64,000 bases of DNA from contig CAZWFL010000003.1 in NCBI GenBank assembly GCA_964633195.1, positions 1,650 to 65,649 of the forward strand. Direction: 5' to 3'. Source of the stretch: an uncultured Rikenellaceae bacterium (GTDB taxonomy: Bacteria; Bacteroidota; Bacteroidia; Bacteroidales; VadinHA17). Numbering within the stretch: the first letter of the stretch is position 1; the number at the start of each line of letters is the position of its first letter. A model generated the notes under the pieces. That model ran no database searches. It worked only from the letters and a program-made list of their open reading frames with translations, and was not told the origin of the DNA. Positions 38,737 through 48,061 of this stretch are shown piece by piece. The translations under genes and the position numbers were made by a program.

Positions 38737-39995
38737 TCGTTTCTCTCCATCGACCTGTAAATCATAAGAAGCTCTGACGGATCATCAGATGTAACATTTA
38801 TTCCTATCCTGGCGAGCAGTATGCCGGCAGCTCCGGCAACGGGCACTTTTTTGCAGAAGCTGATGTGAACGGCATTAAGGTACCTGACTATTCTGAGCAT
38901 ATTGAACCAGCTGAAAAATCTTTTCCTGAATGAAATGAATCCTGCAGTGTTGTCTGAAATCTCAGCGACATTTGATCTCCACTCCTCATTGCTTACAAAT
39001 GATCTTACAGTCTCAGGCAATTCATTGTAGAGGAGACTGCTGTCCCTATTAATGCTTTGATAGACTATCTCAATCATTTCGAAAAGTCTCTTTAGTTCTT
39101 CAAACGCTTTGATATTGTATGTCTCAAGATAACAACTGTGCCTTTCAGCCATTCTGGCGATTGTTGCACCCGTACCGAATGGCACTCTTTCCGATGATCT
39201 GGGAGACGGGTAGATTGTAGTTGAATTGAGGCTGAAATAACCTCCGGAAGGTAACAGTTTCTGGATGAAGTAGAAATCCTCACCAGCCTGTCTGCGGTTC
39301 ATTCCACCCGATTTAATGTATGGAAGGGCTTTAACCGCAAAAGCGGAACCCACTGTATGAAAGGCGTATGGGAATCCGGTGTACTTCAATGCCTGATAAT
39401 AATAACGCATATGGAGTTCATAAAGAGTAACTGCACGGCTGAAGAGATCCGGAAATCCGGTTCCTGACAACGGATGTTCAAAATAGAGAGAGCATGCCAG
39501 CTTCTTTCTTTTCTTCAGGAACTCCTCACAAAGTTGCTCAAGGTAATTGGTTTCAACTGTACAATCAGCATCGAGGCTTGCAATAACACCATCACTTCTG
39601 CCTGTTCTGCCGAATCTTCTTACAGCCTCGTCCATACCTGCTTTGCGTGCCATTCCAACACCCCAGCCGGAGAAGCGGGAAGTATCGACCGTGAATTCAT
39701 AAAGCCTGAAAAAACAATCCGGATTATTCGACTTCCACAATCTTACTGCTGAGGAGGTTGCCTCATTGAAATGCCGGGGCCCCGATCGGGATACGGGGGG
39801 AGAATTGACAACAATCAGCACCTCAGTACTGCAATCAGGTTTTATGCATCGGGCAATAGAATCAAAAAGAGCTGATATACCGGGCTCATTATAAGCCGGA
39901 ACAACAATTATTATTCCTGTATCAGGTTGGGGTGCCTCTTGAATGAATTCAGGGAACAGGGCTTTTCTGTCAAGCCAGCCTGAGGCAAAATCCAT
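38730..39995 (-). CDS. Family-2-like glycosyltransferase
   Basis: IIIVVPAYNEP, LIVVNSP, a DxD-like SLDADC, and QAGEDFYFIQKL. Confidence 0.65.
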   Translation of the reverse strand: MDFASGWLDRKALFPEFIQEAPQPDTGIIIVVPAYNEPGISALFDSIARCIKPDCSTEVLIVVNSPPVSRSGPRHFNEATSSAVRLWKSNNPDCFFRLYEFTVDTSRFSGWGVGMARKAGMDEAVRRFGRTGRSDGVIASLDADCTVETNYLEQLCEEFLKKRKKLACSLYFEHPLSGTGFPDLFSRAVTLYELHMRYYYQALKYTGFPYAFHTVGSAFAVKALPYIKSGGMNRRQAGEDFYFIQKLLPSGGYFSLNSTTIYPSPRSSERVPFGTGATIARMAERHSCYLETYNIKAFEELKRLFEMIEIVYQSINRDSSLLYNELPETVRSFVSNEEWRSNVAEISDNTAGFISFRKRFFSWFNMLRIVRYLNAVHISFCKKVPVAGAAGILLARIGINVTSDDPSELLMIYRSMERNDQ

Positions 39996-39998
39996 GAT

Positions 39999-40601
39999 TT
40001 ACTTTTTCTTCTCGGTCTTGTACTGCTGATTCAGCCCGTTAATAACCTTCTGTGTAATATCGAGAGCTTGGTTACTGTAAAGCACTACTCCGCCGAAGCT
40101 TTTACCGAATATATACTGGTAATTGTATTGGTCCTTATTCTCCTCGAGGTATCTGGTTATATAGTCTATTATCTGCCTGTTCATGACCTGCTCTTCCTCA
40201 TAAAGGTCGTTCTGCAGCTGGTCCCGAAGATTGATAAGATCCTGCTGCTGCTGGAGAAGCGACTGCTCCATCTCAGCGGCGGTGGCCCTTGTTACAAGAC
40301 CCTTGCTGACTTTCTCCTGAAAATCCTTTGCATCTCTCTCATATCTGGTTCCTTTAGTTGTAAGCTCTGTCTCGGCTTTCTGCTGTTTCGAAAGCAGTTC
40401 TTCCCTTCTGTCGAAGAACATATCGAAATTGAAAATTATCGTATCAATATTGACGTATGCAATTGCCATATCCGGTATATCGACACCTGTTTCCCTCACA
40501 TCGGAGGCCGTTGTGGTCTTATCTGAAGTAAAATGAAGCACGAACAAGGCAGCTACTGCCAGAAAAAGTGCGGCAAACAGAACAATGGATAGATTCTTCA
40601 T
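39999..40601 (-). CDS. OmpH/Skp-family periplasmic chaperone-like protein
   Basis: N-terminal anchor or signal, then a Q/E-rich coiled coil (LLQQQQDLINLRDQLQNDLYEEEQ). 200 aa. Confidence 0.7.
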   Translation of the reverse strand: MKNLSIVLFAALFLAVAALFVLHFTSDKTTTASDVRETGVDIPDMAIAYVNIDTIIFNFDMFFDRREELLSKQQKAETELTTKGTRYERDAKDFQEKVSKGLVTRATAAEMEQSLLQQQQDLINLRDQLQNDLYEEEQVMNRQIIDYITRYLEENKDQYNYQYIFGKSFGGVVLYSNQALDITQKVINGLNQQYKTEKKK

Positions 40602-40636
40602 CGGAGCAATAATATTTATTAAACATTAATCAGGCG

Positions 40637-40644
40637 CAAATATA
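40637..40644 (-). promoter_or_regulatory. Bacteroidota -7 promoter box for the skp-like/GT2 unit
   Basis: Exact TATATTTG on the minus strand, 36 nt upstream of the start at 40601. Confidence 0.4.
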
Positions 40645-40746
40645 AACAAATTAATATTCCCTGTAAAATTTGCACAAACCTAATAATCACCGCTATTTAT
40701 TATATCCGTAAGAAAAACAGAATTGTAATGGTCTGTGATTATCAGA

Positions 40747-41733
40747 TCAGAATTCGGGGCAGGGGATTGCCCTGATCCTTCTCTTGTCGCCTATCGAGAA
40801 GGTATTGAATTCATACACGAGTGAGATCTCGTGCGCTCCTGCTGTTGAGCTTATCAGACTGGAGACAGTAAAGTCGTAGCTGTAACCTATATGTAACTGT
40901 TCGGTCTTTATCCCTATCAGGCCTATTATAGCATCGCCGGGCTGCGATGTTGCAAAAGGTATCCCCCTGTACCATAATCCAAATATAAGCGGATCCCTGT
41001 AATAATACAGGCCCGCGTCGGACTGATAGAATTTGGCCTGTTTCTGGAAATTAACTGCAATTGAAAGAACCTCCTCATACCTTACCTTAAGCCTTGTCTT
41101 TCGCAGAATCTGCATTCCCCCGAACAGATTGAATTTAACCGGCAGATTGGCGTCGTTGCCATAAAAGGATTGTTTTGGGACCAGCAGGTGATCGAGCGTA
41201 AATCCTGCCCATATACGGTCGTTGTAAACAAGGGCTGATGTGGCAAAATCAACATCTGCAACGTTCTCGAAAGGAGGGGGATAGACAGACGGCACAGTGC
41301 CACTGCCTGTCATCTGGCTTGCGAATACAAGTTTGTAGATATTTAGTCCAAGATAGTAGAATTTGAAATTGACTCCCGGCCGTATGTGCCAGTCTTCAGT
41401 TATATTAAAGTCATAAGAATAAAGTAATCCTATGTTGGTGGTGCTGAGGTCCCCCGAACCTGCAACGTCGTAAGTGGCCAGCACGCCAATGCCGGAATTG
41501 AAATTCGGCAGGGCTTTGTCGAATGATATGCTGTAAGTGTGAAAAACACCGGGTATGGCCGGCCACTGGTTCCTGTAATTAATTGAAAATCTATATTCTT
41601 CCGTAGCTCCGGCAAAAGAGGGTGCCAGATAAAGTGAATTTGCATAGAACTGGGAAAAGGTAGGATCCTGACCGGAGCTATCTACAAAAATGCACAGCGA
41701 CAGTAAAATTGAATATTTAATCCTCTTCAGCAA
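40747..41733 (-). CDS. PorP/SprF-family type IX secretion outer-membrane protein
   Basis: Signal peptide, then the family-typical QDPTFSQFYANSLYLAPSFAG. Beta-barrel pattern to the C-terminus. Only a TTG start is available. Confidence 0.85.
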   Translation of the reverse strand: MLKRIKYSILLSLCIFVDSSGQDPTFSQFYANSLYLAPSFAGATEEYRFSINYRNQWPAIPGVFHTYSISFDKALPNFNSGIGVLATYDVAGSGDLSTTNIGLLYSYDFNITEDWHIRPGVNFKFYYLGLNIYKLVFASQMTGSGTVPSVYPPPFENVADVDFATSALVYNDRIWAGFTLDHLLVPKQSFYGNDANLPVKFNLFGGMQILRKTRLKVRYEEVLSIAVNFQKQAKFYQSDAGLYYYRDPLIFGLWYRGIPFATSQPGDAIIGLIGIKTEQLHIGYSYDFTVSSLISSTAGAHEISLVYEFNTFSIGDKRRIRAIPCPEF

Positions 41734-41769
41734 AGCCTGGACAAGTTAGGTTTCTTTAACGAAAGTAGC

Positions 41770-41777
41770 CAAATGTA
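41770..41777 (-). promoter_or_regulatory. Bacteroidota -7 promoter box for the PorP/SprF gene
   Basis: Exact TACATTTG on the minus strand, 36 nt upstream of the TTG start. Confidence 0.4.
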
Positions 41778-41933
41778 ACTATATTAAATAAACTGTTTTA
41801 CGAAATTTTTCCCAAAAAGTGACACTTTATGAACAATTCGCTCAACAATTAACAAATGAATTATCCTCTCCTTGTAGTCTCGCAAGGGAAATTGGGGAAG
41901 AATATGAGCTTTAATGTAAGTTCTGTTCGTTCT

Positions 41934-43307
41934 TCACTCTCTCTTCAGAAGTGTCAGATCGCCCATTTTGGTGAAAGTCTCACCGTTTCTGTAACTGCCC
42001 CGCACCTTCCAGATATAAACACCGGGTTCGCAAAGTTGTCCGTTAAGGTATCCATCCCAGCCTATATTTATATCATTACTCTCAAAGATAAGCAACCCCA
42101 TGCGGCTGAAAATCCTAAGCTGGTATTCGTCGATACCTGAAAATACAGGATGGAAAATGGCTGCTGATTCATCGCTCGTATAGGAATAGTAGCCTCCTGC
42201 AGGCCCTCCGGTGTTCGGGATGAAGGCATTCGGGAATTGAATAAAATATCCTGAGCCGGAAAATGCATTAACGATAACCTGTGAAGCCCGGCAGCCATTC
42301 TCAGAGTAAATGGTTAGTGTAATGTTGTAATTACCCTGCTTCTCATATGTGTGACGGGGCTCGAAGAAATCAGATGTGTTTCCGTCGCCGAAATCCCATT
42401 TGTAGCTGACTGCACCCGAGGAGTAATTTACAAACCGGATCTCGCCCCCGGGTCTGTTATTATCGGGCCGGATAATTTCGAAATGTGCAGAAGGCACCGG
42501 CCAGGCACTGATTGTTACCGACGAAACCTCACTGCTGCCGTCTGGTCTCGGGGTGGTTAAGGTGACTTTATAGTCGCCTCCATTATCAAAAATCCACTCC
42601 GGATCTCTTTCATGTGAGTACCCCCCGTCTCCAAAACTCCAGTGGAAAGGCCCGGACAGGGTAGAATTGTTCCTGAAGTTTACTCTCAGAGGAATACAGC
42701 CTTCAGTAACCGATGGAGTAAACGATAATCCTCCTGAGGCAGTAGTCCCCTGGAGACTCTTTCCGGTACGGCCGGCTGCCGGTAACAGGATATTTTCAGG
42801 GATCGACTTTGCAACAGCTGTCCTGAAAATATCATCTTCTCCCTGGTCTGTTCTGACCCGCGATCTCTCCGCACCCCCGACACTATCCGGACTTCCCTGC
42901 AACATGATATCACAGGTCTCAGTCATCTCTTTCCCGGCCTCCTTCAATTTAACGGGGTAGAGATCTCCAGCCTGATCATTCATCAGACCGCCTGTAACAT
43001 CCATATCATAATTCCCGGCAGGAGGTGCCGTATTGTTCTTTTCATTATCACTTCTGTCAGGTCCGCCCGATAGCAGCAGCACCACGGCCAGAACGGCTGC
43101 CGCACCGGCTCCAAGATACCAGATATTGAACCTGGCAGGATTGAAGTGCAGAAATTCCTTGAAGGCAAGCCTTTTCATCAACCCTTCCCTGACTGAGGGA
43201 TCAGGTACAAGTTCAGCATGTTCAAGCTTCTGCCTGAACAGCTCCCTGATAATCCTCTCTTCGTTTTTCGCTTTCACCGTTTCCCGATTCAATTCCATAT
43301 AACTCAC
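41934..43307 (-). CDS. Membrane-anchored protein: anti-sigma-like N-terminus, one TM segment, two PKD domains, T9SS type-B C-terminal sorting domain
   Basis: N-terminus LFRQKLEHAELVPDPSVREGLMKRL. TM segment IWYLGAGAAAVLAVVLLL (aa ~62-79). PKD signatures WSFGDGG and WDFGDGNTS. CTD-B motif FPNAFIPNTGG...LRIFSRMGLLIFES...GWDGYLNG...PGVYIWKV. GTG at 43307 or ATG at 43298, immediately after the sigma stop. Confidence 0.8.
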   Translation of the reverse strand: MSYMELNRETVKAKNEERIIRELFRQKLEHAELVPDPSVREGLMKRLAFKEFLHFNPARFNIWYLGAGAAAVLAVVLLLSGGPDRSDNEKNNTAPPAGNYDMDVTGGLMNDQAGDLYPVKLKEAGKEMTETCDIMLQGSPDSVGGAERSRVRTDQGEDDIFRTAVAKSIPENILLPAAGRTGKSLQGTTASGGLSFTPSVTEGCIPLRVNFRNNSTLSGPFHWSFGDGGYSHERDPEWIFDNGGDYKVTLTTPRPDGSSEVSSVTISAWPVPSAHFEIIRPDNNRPGGEIRFVNYSSGAVSYKWDFGDGNTSDFFEPRHTYEKQGNYNITLTIYSENGCRASQVIVNAFSGSGYFIQFPNAFIPNTGGPAGGYYSYTSDESAAIFHPVFSGIDEYQLRIFSRMGLLIFESNDINIGWDGYLNGQLCEPGVYIWKVRGSYRNGETFTKMGDLTLLKRE

Positions 43308-43894
43308 TACGCCCCTGAATATCTGCCTTTCAGCTTTCTCAGGCTTTCCAGCTTTTGTCTTATCAATGCCCTGGCCCTGCTGTACTGCGACTTGGAAGTG
43401 TTTGTGTCTATCTTCAGCATCTTAGCTATTTCTTTATGCCTGTATCCTTCCACTGCATACAGGTTAAAGACCATCCTGTATCCGGCAGGCAATTCATTAA
43501 GGATACCAAAAAGCTCATCCGCAGTACAAAAATCCTCTTCAAAATCTGCGATGCCTGTCTCTGTTGACACATATTCCTCAATATCAACATAATACCTGTA
43601 TCTCAGGTTTTTATGATAATGAGTGATTGCCGTATTTACTGCAACCTTCCGCAACCAGCCTTTAAAAGAACCTTTTCCTGAAAAATCGCCTATACTGAAA
43701 AAGATCTTCAGGAAACTCTCCTGTAAAATATCCTCGGCTTCAGCCCTGTTGGAAGCATACCTCGTGCAAACACCCAGCAGAAAACGTGAATATCTGTCGT
43801 AAAGCAACTGCTGTGCCTTTCTGTTATGCCTGGCGCATCCCTCTATTATCTGATGGTCCTTCATCATAATACGCCGGGGACATTTAAAAGACAT
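43307..43894 (-). CDS. ECF-type RNA polymerase sigma-70 family factor
   Basis: Region 2 (LLYDRYSRFLLGVCTRYASNRAEAEDILQESFLKIF) and region 4 (LPAGYRMVFNLYAVEGYRHKEIAKMLKIDTNTSKSQYSRARALIRQKL). The real start is possibly Met10/11 (about 43864-43867). Confidence 0.88.
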   Translation of the reverse strand: MSFKCPRRIMMKDHQIIEGCARHNRKAQQLLYDRYSRFLLGVCTRYASNRAEAEDILQESFLKIFFSIGDFSGKGSFKGWLRKVAVNTAITHYHKNLRYRYYVDIEEYVSTETGIADFEEDFCTADELFGILNELPAGYRMVFNLYAVEGYRHKEIAKMLKIDTNTSKSQYSRARALIRQKLESLRKLKGRYSGA

Positions 43895-44086
43895 CCCGTA
43901 AAAATAAATGGTTGCATTGTGATAAAACTTTTTGTCAAATCAGGAAAATCATGTATTAAATCATCCCAAACCGGTGACAAACATCATTTAAAAACATTTT
44001 GTGAATGATTTTATTCGCATTTGATATCATTTTTCGGTAAAATATCAGAAATTGCGCAACAGTAAATTTAAAATCCTACAGGTAAA

Positions 44087-44998
44087 ATGTTTAACAGATT
44101 CATTGCATCAATATTGCCCTGGTTCCCGAAAAAATTTGTATGGATCTTCTCAAGGCCCTACATCTCAGGTGAGACTATTGAGGATGCCATCCATGTATCA
44201 AGAGAGTTCCATTCAAAGAATATAAGGGTTACACTTGATGTACTGGGTGAGTTTATAAAAACGCTTGAGGAGGCCGATAAAAACATGGAGGAGTACCTGC
44301 ATCTTATTGACTGTGCAAGTGAAGCAGGGATCGATCTTAACCTGTCGCTTAAGCCCACAAGTTTCGGGTTATTGCTCGATAAAGATATTTGTTACCGCCA
44401 TATCAGGGAAATAGTTGCAAAAGCAGCCTCACTAAATGGCTTCATCAGGATCGATATGGAAGATTCGCCATGCACTGATCCTGAAATTGAGCTTTTTAAA
44501 AAGCTGAGAACTGAATTTCCCGGTAACGTGGGTCTGGTGCTTCAGGCCTACCTGCGCAGAACGATGGACGACCTCCGGGATCTTGCAGGTCTTAACGACG
44601 AACAGCATCCTCTGAGCTTAAGATTATGCAAGGGAATATATGTTGAGCCGGAAGAAATTGCGTTTAAAAAATATGAGGAGATCAACACTCATTTCCTTGA
44701 GGACCTGGAATTTATCTTTAAGAATAAAATTCATGTCGGCATAGCCACACATGACAAACCTCTGATAGAGGGTGCTTACAGACTTATCAGGAAATACAGT
44801 GTCCCGAAGAGGATGTATGAATTTCAGATGCTATATGGCGTGACTCCCAGGCTACGCGAAAGCATAGTCAGGGAAGGCCATACGATGAGGGTTTATGTAC
44901 CATTCGGAAAAGAGTGGTTCGGCTATTCAACCCGCCGCCTTAAAGAGAACCCAAAAATGGCGAGCCATATTATCAGGGCGATATTCTATAAAGGATAG
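44087..44998 (+). CDS. Proline dehydrogenase family protein (monofunctional PRODH)
   Basis: 303 aa. TLDVLGEF, IRIDMEDS, VLQAYLRRT, RLCKGIY, and YVPFG..W..Y..RRL.ENP at the C-terminus. Confidence 0.8.
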   Translation: MFNRFIASILPWFPKKFVWIFSRPYISGETIEDAIHVSREFHSKNIRVTLDVLGEFIKTLEEADKNMEEYLHLIDCASEAGIDLNLSLKPTSFGLLLDKDICYRHIREIVAKAASLNGFIRIDMEDSPCTDPEIELFKKLRTEFPGNVGLVLQAYLRRTMDDLRDLAGLNDEQHPLSLRLCKGIYVEPEEIAFKKYEEINTHFLEDLEFIFKNKIHVGIATHDKPLIEGAYRLIRKYSVPKRMYEFQMLYGVTPRLRESIVREGHTMRVYVPFGKEWFGYSTRRLKENPKMASHIIRAIFYKG

Positions 44999-45004
44999 TC
45001 AGAA

Positions 45005-45046
45005 GTTCGGAGCTCGGAGCTCGGAGTTCGGAGTTCGGAGTTCGGA
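45005..45046 (+). repeat. Heptanucleotide tandem array, 6 units (GTTCGGA/GCTCGGA)
   Basis: GTTCGGA GCTCGGA GCTCGGA GTTCGGA GTTCGGA GTTCGGA, starting 7 nt after the proline dehydrogenase stop. Confidence 0.95.
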
Positions 45047-45128
45047 TTTTGGCGGAGCCGAAGGAGCGAAGCCGACGAAGTTCCGTAAAACGGAAGCAGC
45101 GAGGCAATCCCGCAAATCGGGAGCGGAT

Positions 45129-45845
45129 TTACTCTTTCTTTGATTTTTCGAAATATTTGCTGAATATCTGATCCAGTTCTTTTTTTGAGAGACCCGGCTT
45201 AAGAGGAGGGGGAGATTCTGGGAGCCCGTGTATCAGGAGATATGCAGCAGGAACCAGCAGAAAAGGGCTCAGCCCGATCATCCTGTCTGACGGTATTCCT
45301 CCTTTTTCATACGCTTCAATTCTCTGTTTTTGCCGTATTACTTCGTAATTGGCAGCAGGATCGCCAAGACTGCTCTGCCCGGCTATACCCTGGTACCTTG
45401 TTAAGGCCATGTTGAACCGGGCATTCTCCATTTCGGTACTCTGTAGAGGCTGTGAACCAAGGATTTCCGTACGCAGGTTGATTATGCGGGGAATGATTAT
45501 AACCTCGCCAATCTCCATCGTATCTGTCTGCATAAATATTCCGGCATTGAATTCTCTTCCGGAAAGGGTATCACCGACAAGAAATATCAGGGGTTTATAT
45601 CCGAGTACAGAAAACCTGACGGTATCGTTCCTCATAACCTGCACCGCGAAGGAACCGTCCTTACCGCTCACTGAATTGAAAGAATTGTTTATGAAGATCT
45701 GTGAATTCGGAATTGGGGCAAGCGTTGAGGCATCCATTACAACACCATAAAAAGCCAGGCTTAATCCTTTCTCTTTCTGTTGCTGGCAATTTATTATCTG
45801 ACTTACTGTAACAAGGAGCAGGGATATGAGCAATGCCCTTTTCAT
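45129..45845 (-). CDS. Secreted carboxypeptidase-regulatory-like domain protein, function unknown
   Basis: Signal peptide MKRALLISLLLVTVSQIINCQ. CarbopepD_reg-like GVVMDASTLAPIPNSQIFINNSFNSVSGKDGSFAVQVMRNDTVRFSVLGYKP. Confidence 0.55.
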   Translation of the reverse strand: MKRALLISLLLVTVSQIINCQQQKEKGLSLAFYGVVMDASTLAPIPNSQIFINNSFNSVSGKDGSFAVQVMRNDTVRFSVLGYKPLIFLVGDTLSGREFNAGIFMQTDTMEIGEVIIIPRIINLRTEILGSQPLQSTEMENARFNMALTRYQGIAGQSSLGDPAANYEVIRQKQRIEAYEKGGIPSDRMIGLSPFLLVPAAYLLIHGLPESPPPLKPGLSKKELDQIFSKYFEKSKKE

Positions 45846-45858
45846 AATACTCTCTCTT

Positions 45859-46434
45859 TTATAGTCTTAATATAAGCTCATCAAGCCTCCTCTTGGGGAC
45901 ATGATGAATCCCATCCTCATCTCTCCAGTATTTTACATCCTCATCCTTAATATCATCTATTACAACTTTTTCCACAGGTTTCCCAAGTGCCAGCACAAGT
46001 AATATCTCATATCTGTCCGGGACTGACAGCTCTTCACGCAGAAGGTCTCTTCTTACCGATGCTATCATGCAGCCTCCCAGTCCTGATGCGGTGGCCCCCA
46101 GCATAATGCTCTGTGCAGCTATGCCGGGATCAACCCCGAAACCTTCCGTTACAGTTCTGTCGCCCAGGATAATTATATAACCCGATGGTCTTTCTCCCGG
46201 ACCGGGCCCGTTCCACTCCTTAAGGTAGCCTGCCCATGCTGTTTTTGGAAAGATCCTTGCACAATCCTCAGGAGTGTTGTATAAAAGAAACCTCAGAGGT
46301 TGCCTGTTTGCAGCTGATGCAGATAACCGGGCCAGATTGACCAGGTGTTCAAGTGTCTCAATGGTGATCCTGTGAGATTCGTCAAATCTCCTGAAGGAGC
46401 GTGTTGCAGTTACCAGTTTCTCAAAATCCTGCAT
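45859..46434 (-). CDS. Nitroreductase family protein
   Basis: TRSFRRFDE, SASAANRQPLRF, and a C-terminal FMN-binding-fold pattern. 191 aa. Confidence 0.8.
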   Translation of the reverse strand: MQDFEKLVTATRSFRRFDESHRITIETLEHLVNLARLSASAANRQPLRFLLYNTPEDCARIFPKTAWAGYLKEWNGPGPGERPSGYIIILGDRTVTEGFGVDPGIAAQSIMLGATASGLGGCMIASVRRDLLREELSVPDRYEILLVLALGKPVEKVVIDDIKDEDVKYWRDEDGIHHVPKRRLDELILRL

Positions 46435-46498
46435 GGCAAAGATTATTAACTATTTTGTAAAATTAAGAAAAAGTTCTGTCCTGAAAGCAATTGTACCT

Positions 46499-48049
46499 TT
46501 AATCCGAGTAGAGGCCTTCCCTAGAAAGAATGCGGTTAAGGTTTGCAAGTCCGTAAACCACAACTGCTGTCACAACCGACGTATGTTCCTGGTACTCGGG
46601 AATACTTTTATCATAAGTATCACGCTCGGTATGCCAAATCTCCATATAACTGAAGTTGTACCCTTTAGCGTCAGGTATTTCGAACGACAGGGTGGGCACA
46701 CCGTTGATGGCAAACCATGCATGGTCCGATCCGCCTGCTGTAGTCGGTTTCGGACGCGGTGGCTGGGTACGTTTGTTAAGGGTGAAGGGAAATTGGGGAT
46801 TTATATCATTAAGCGGTTCGCAGACCTTTTTGAAATCATCATACATGGCTTCAGGTACTGTCAGGCCTGAGGCGACGGTTGGTCCTCCGTCCCTGTTGAA
46901 ATAATTTGAAATTTTTGGCAGTTTCTCCTTATTTGTTTCAACCCAGTGTTTGGAACCGAAAAGTCCATATTCCTCTGCAGCCCAGAGGCATGCGAGTATT
47001 GTGCGTCTTGGCTTACCGCCTGCGGCCATAATAAGCCGTGCGGCTTCCATTACGGGAGATACCCCGGAACCGTCATCAACGCCACCGGTCGCCACATCAA
47101 AGGCATCGAGGTGTGCCCCCATCATTACATATTCATCGGGAAACTGTGTGCCACGTATGATACCAATAACATTTTGGTAGGGAACAGGTCCGGGTTTAAA
47201 ATGGTTCCGTATATCAAATTCAAGCAGGAAATATTTCCGCTCCCTGGTCATCTGTTCGATAATCGCATACTGATGTTTGTCGAGTTTAATATCGCATACT
47301 GTGGGCAGGTTATCGAAACTCATTTTATTTATGTTCTTACGGTCGTAAAGTGCCCTTATGGGTACTTCTGAAGCCTGAATGATCCCAAGAATACCCGCCT
47401 CCCTCATCTCCCGATAGAAAAGGGCAGGTTCCTCCTTAAGTGGAAGTAATTCTTTCTGGGGCTGACCCGGATTGCTTCTGTTCTCAAGCATGATCTCCCT
47501 GTTAATGGCTGCTATTGAATCGTTATATATCATTACCCCTGCCCTTACTGAATCACCTGCCGCAGAATGATCTACCGGCCACCCGTTGTTCATACCTCCT
47601 ATCAGCACCCATGAACCTTTCAGTGCTCCCTTCATTCTGTTGAACTCGTCCTGGCTCTTTGGCTCCATAAGAACATGACCCCGCTGAACTCCCTTTGTCC
47701 CGGAAGTGTATGAAGGAGTAGCAAAATTGAGGATCATCCCGTTATCGGACAGCATCCGTCCGAACCAGGGTCCCCTGTTAAAACCAACCGGTACTGTACC
47801 GGCTTCATCAAGAATCACTTCCATACCCCACTTCCGGAATTCCGATGCACACCATAATGCTGCATTGTTATAAGCATCGGAGCCTGAGAGACGCCCCCCG
47901 AAACGATTGGAGATCACATCGAGATGTTGCATGGTCCGGTTATCGGTCCGGCCAAGTTCAATGATACGCCTGACAACTTTATCCTGTTGGGCACCCAGCG
48001 TGAGTGAAAAGAGAACAAGTGTTAAAAGTGAGATTAAATACCTTTTCAT
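46499..48049 (-). CDS. Secreted M28-family metallo-aminopeptidase with a PA-like insertion
   Basis: Signal peptide. Zn-ligand contexts MMGAHLDAFDVATGGVDDGSG, LWAAEEYGLFGS and GGSDHAWF. Confidence 0.8.
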   Translation of the reverse strand: MKRYLISLLTLVLFSLTLGAQQDKVVRRIIELGRTDNRTMQHLDVISNRFGGRLSGSDAYNNAALWCASEFRKWGMEVILDEAGTVPVGFNRGPWFGRMLSDNGMILNFATPSYTSGTKGVQRGHVLMEPKSQDEFNRMKGALKGSWVLIGGMNNGWPVDHSAAGDSVRAGVMIYNDSIAAINREIMLENRSNPGQPQKELLPLKEEPALFYREMREAGILGIIQASEVPIRALYDRKNINKMSFDNLPTVCDIKLDKHQYAIIEQMTRERKYFLLEFDIRNHFKPGPVPYQNVIGIIRGTQFPDEYVMMGAHLDAFDVATGGVDDGSGVSPVMEAARLIMAAGGKPRRTILACLWAAEEYGLFGSKHWVETNKEKLPKISNYFNRDGGPTVASGLTVPEAMYDDFKKVCEPLNDINPQFPFTLNKRTQPPRPKPTTAGGSDHAWFAINGVPTLSFEIPDAKGYNFSYMEIWHTERDTYDKSIPEYQEHTSVVTAVVVYGLANLNRILSREGLYSD

Positions 48050-48061
48050 ATTTTGTCTGTT

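Noticed and set aside
45046-45128. GGAAGCAGC resembles the SRP (4.5S) RNA domain IV motif
   Set aside because: The 5' and 3' halves of the region are not complementary, so no long SRP-type hairpin is possible. The GGAA is not presented as a tetraloop closed by the conserved stem.
44895-45143. 82-aa ORF spanning the heptamer array
   Set aside because: It overlaps the well-supported 3' end of the proline dehydrogenase gene in another frame and is otherwise a translation of low-complexity repeat DNA.
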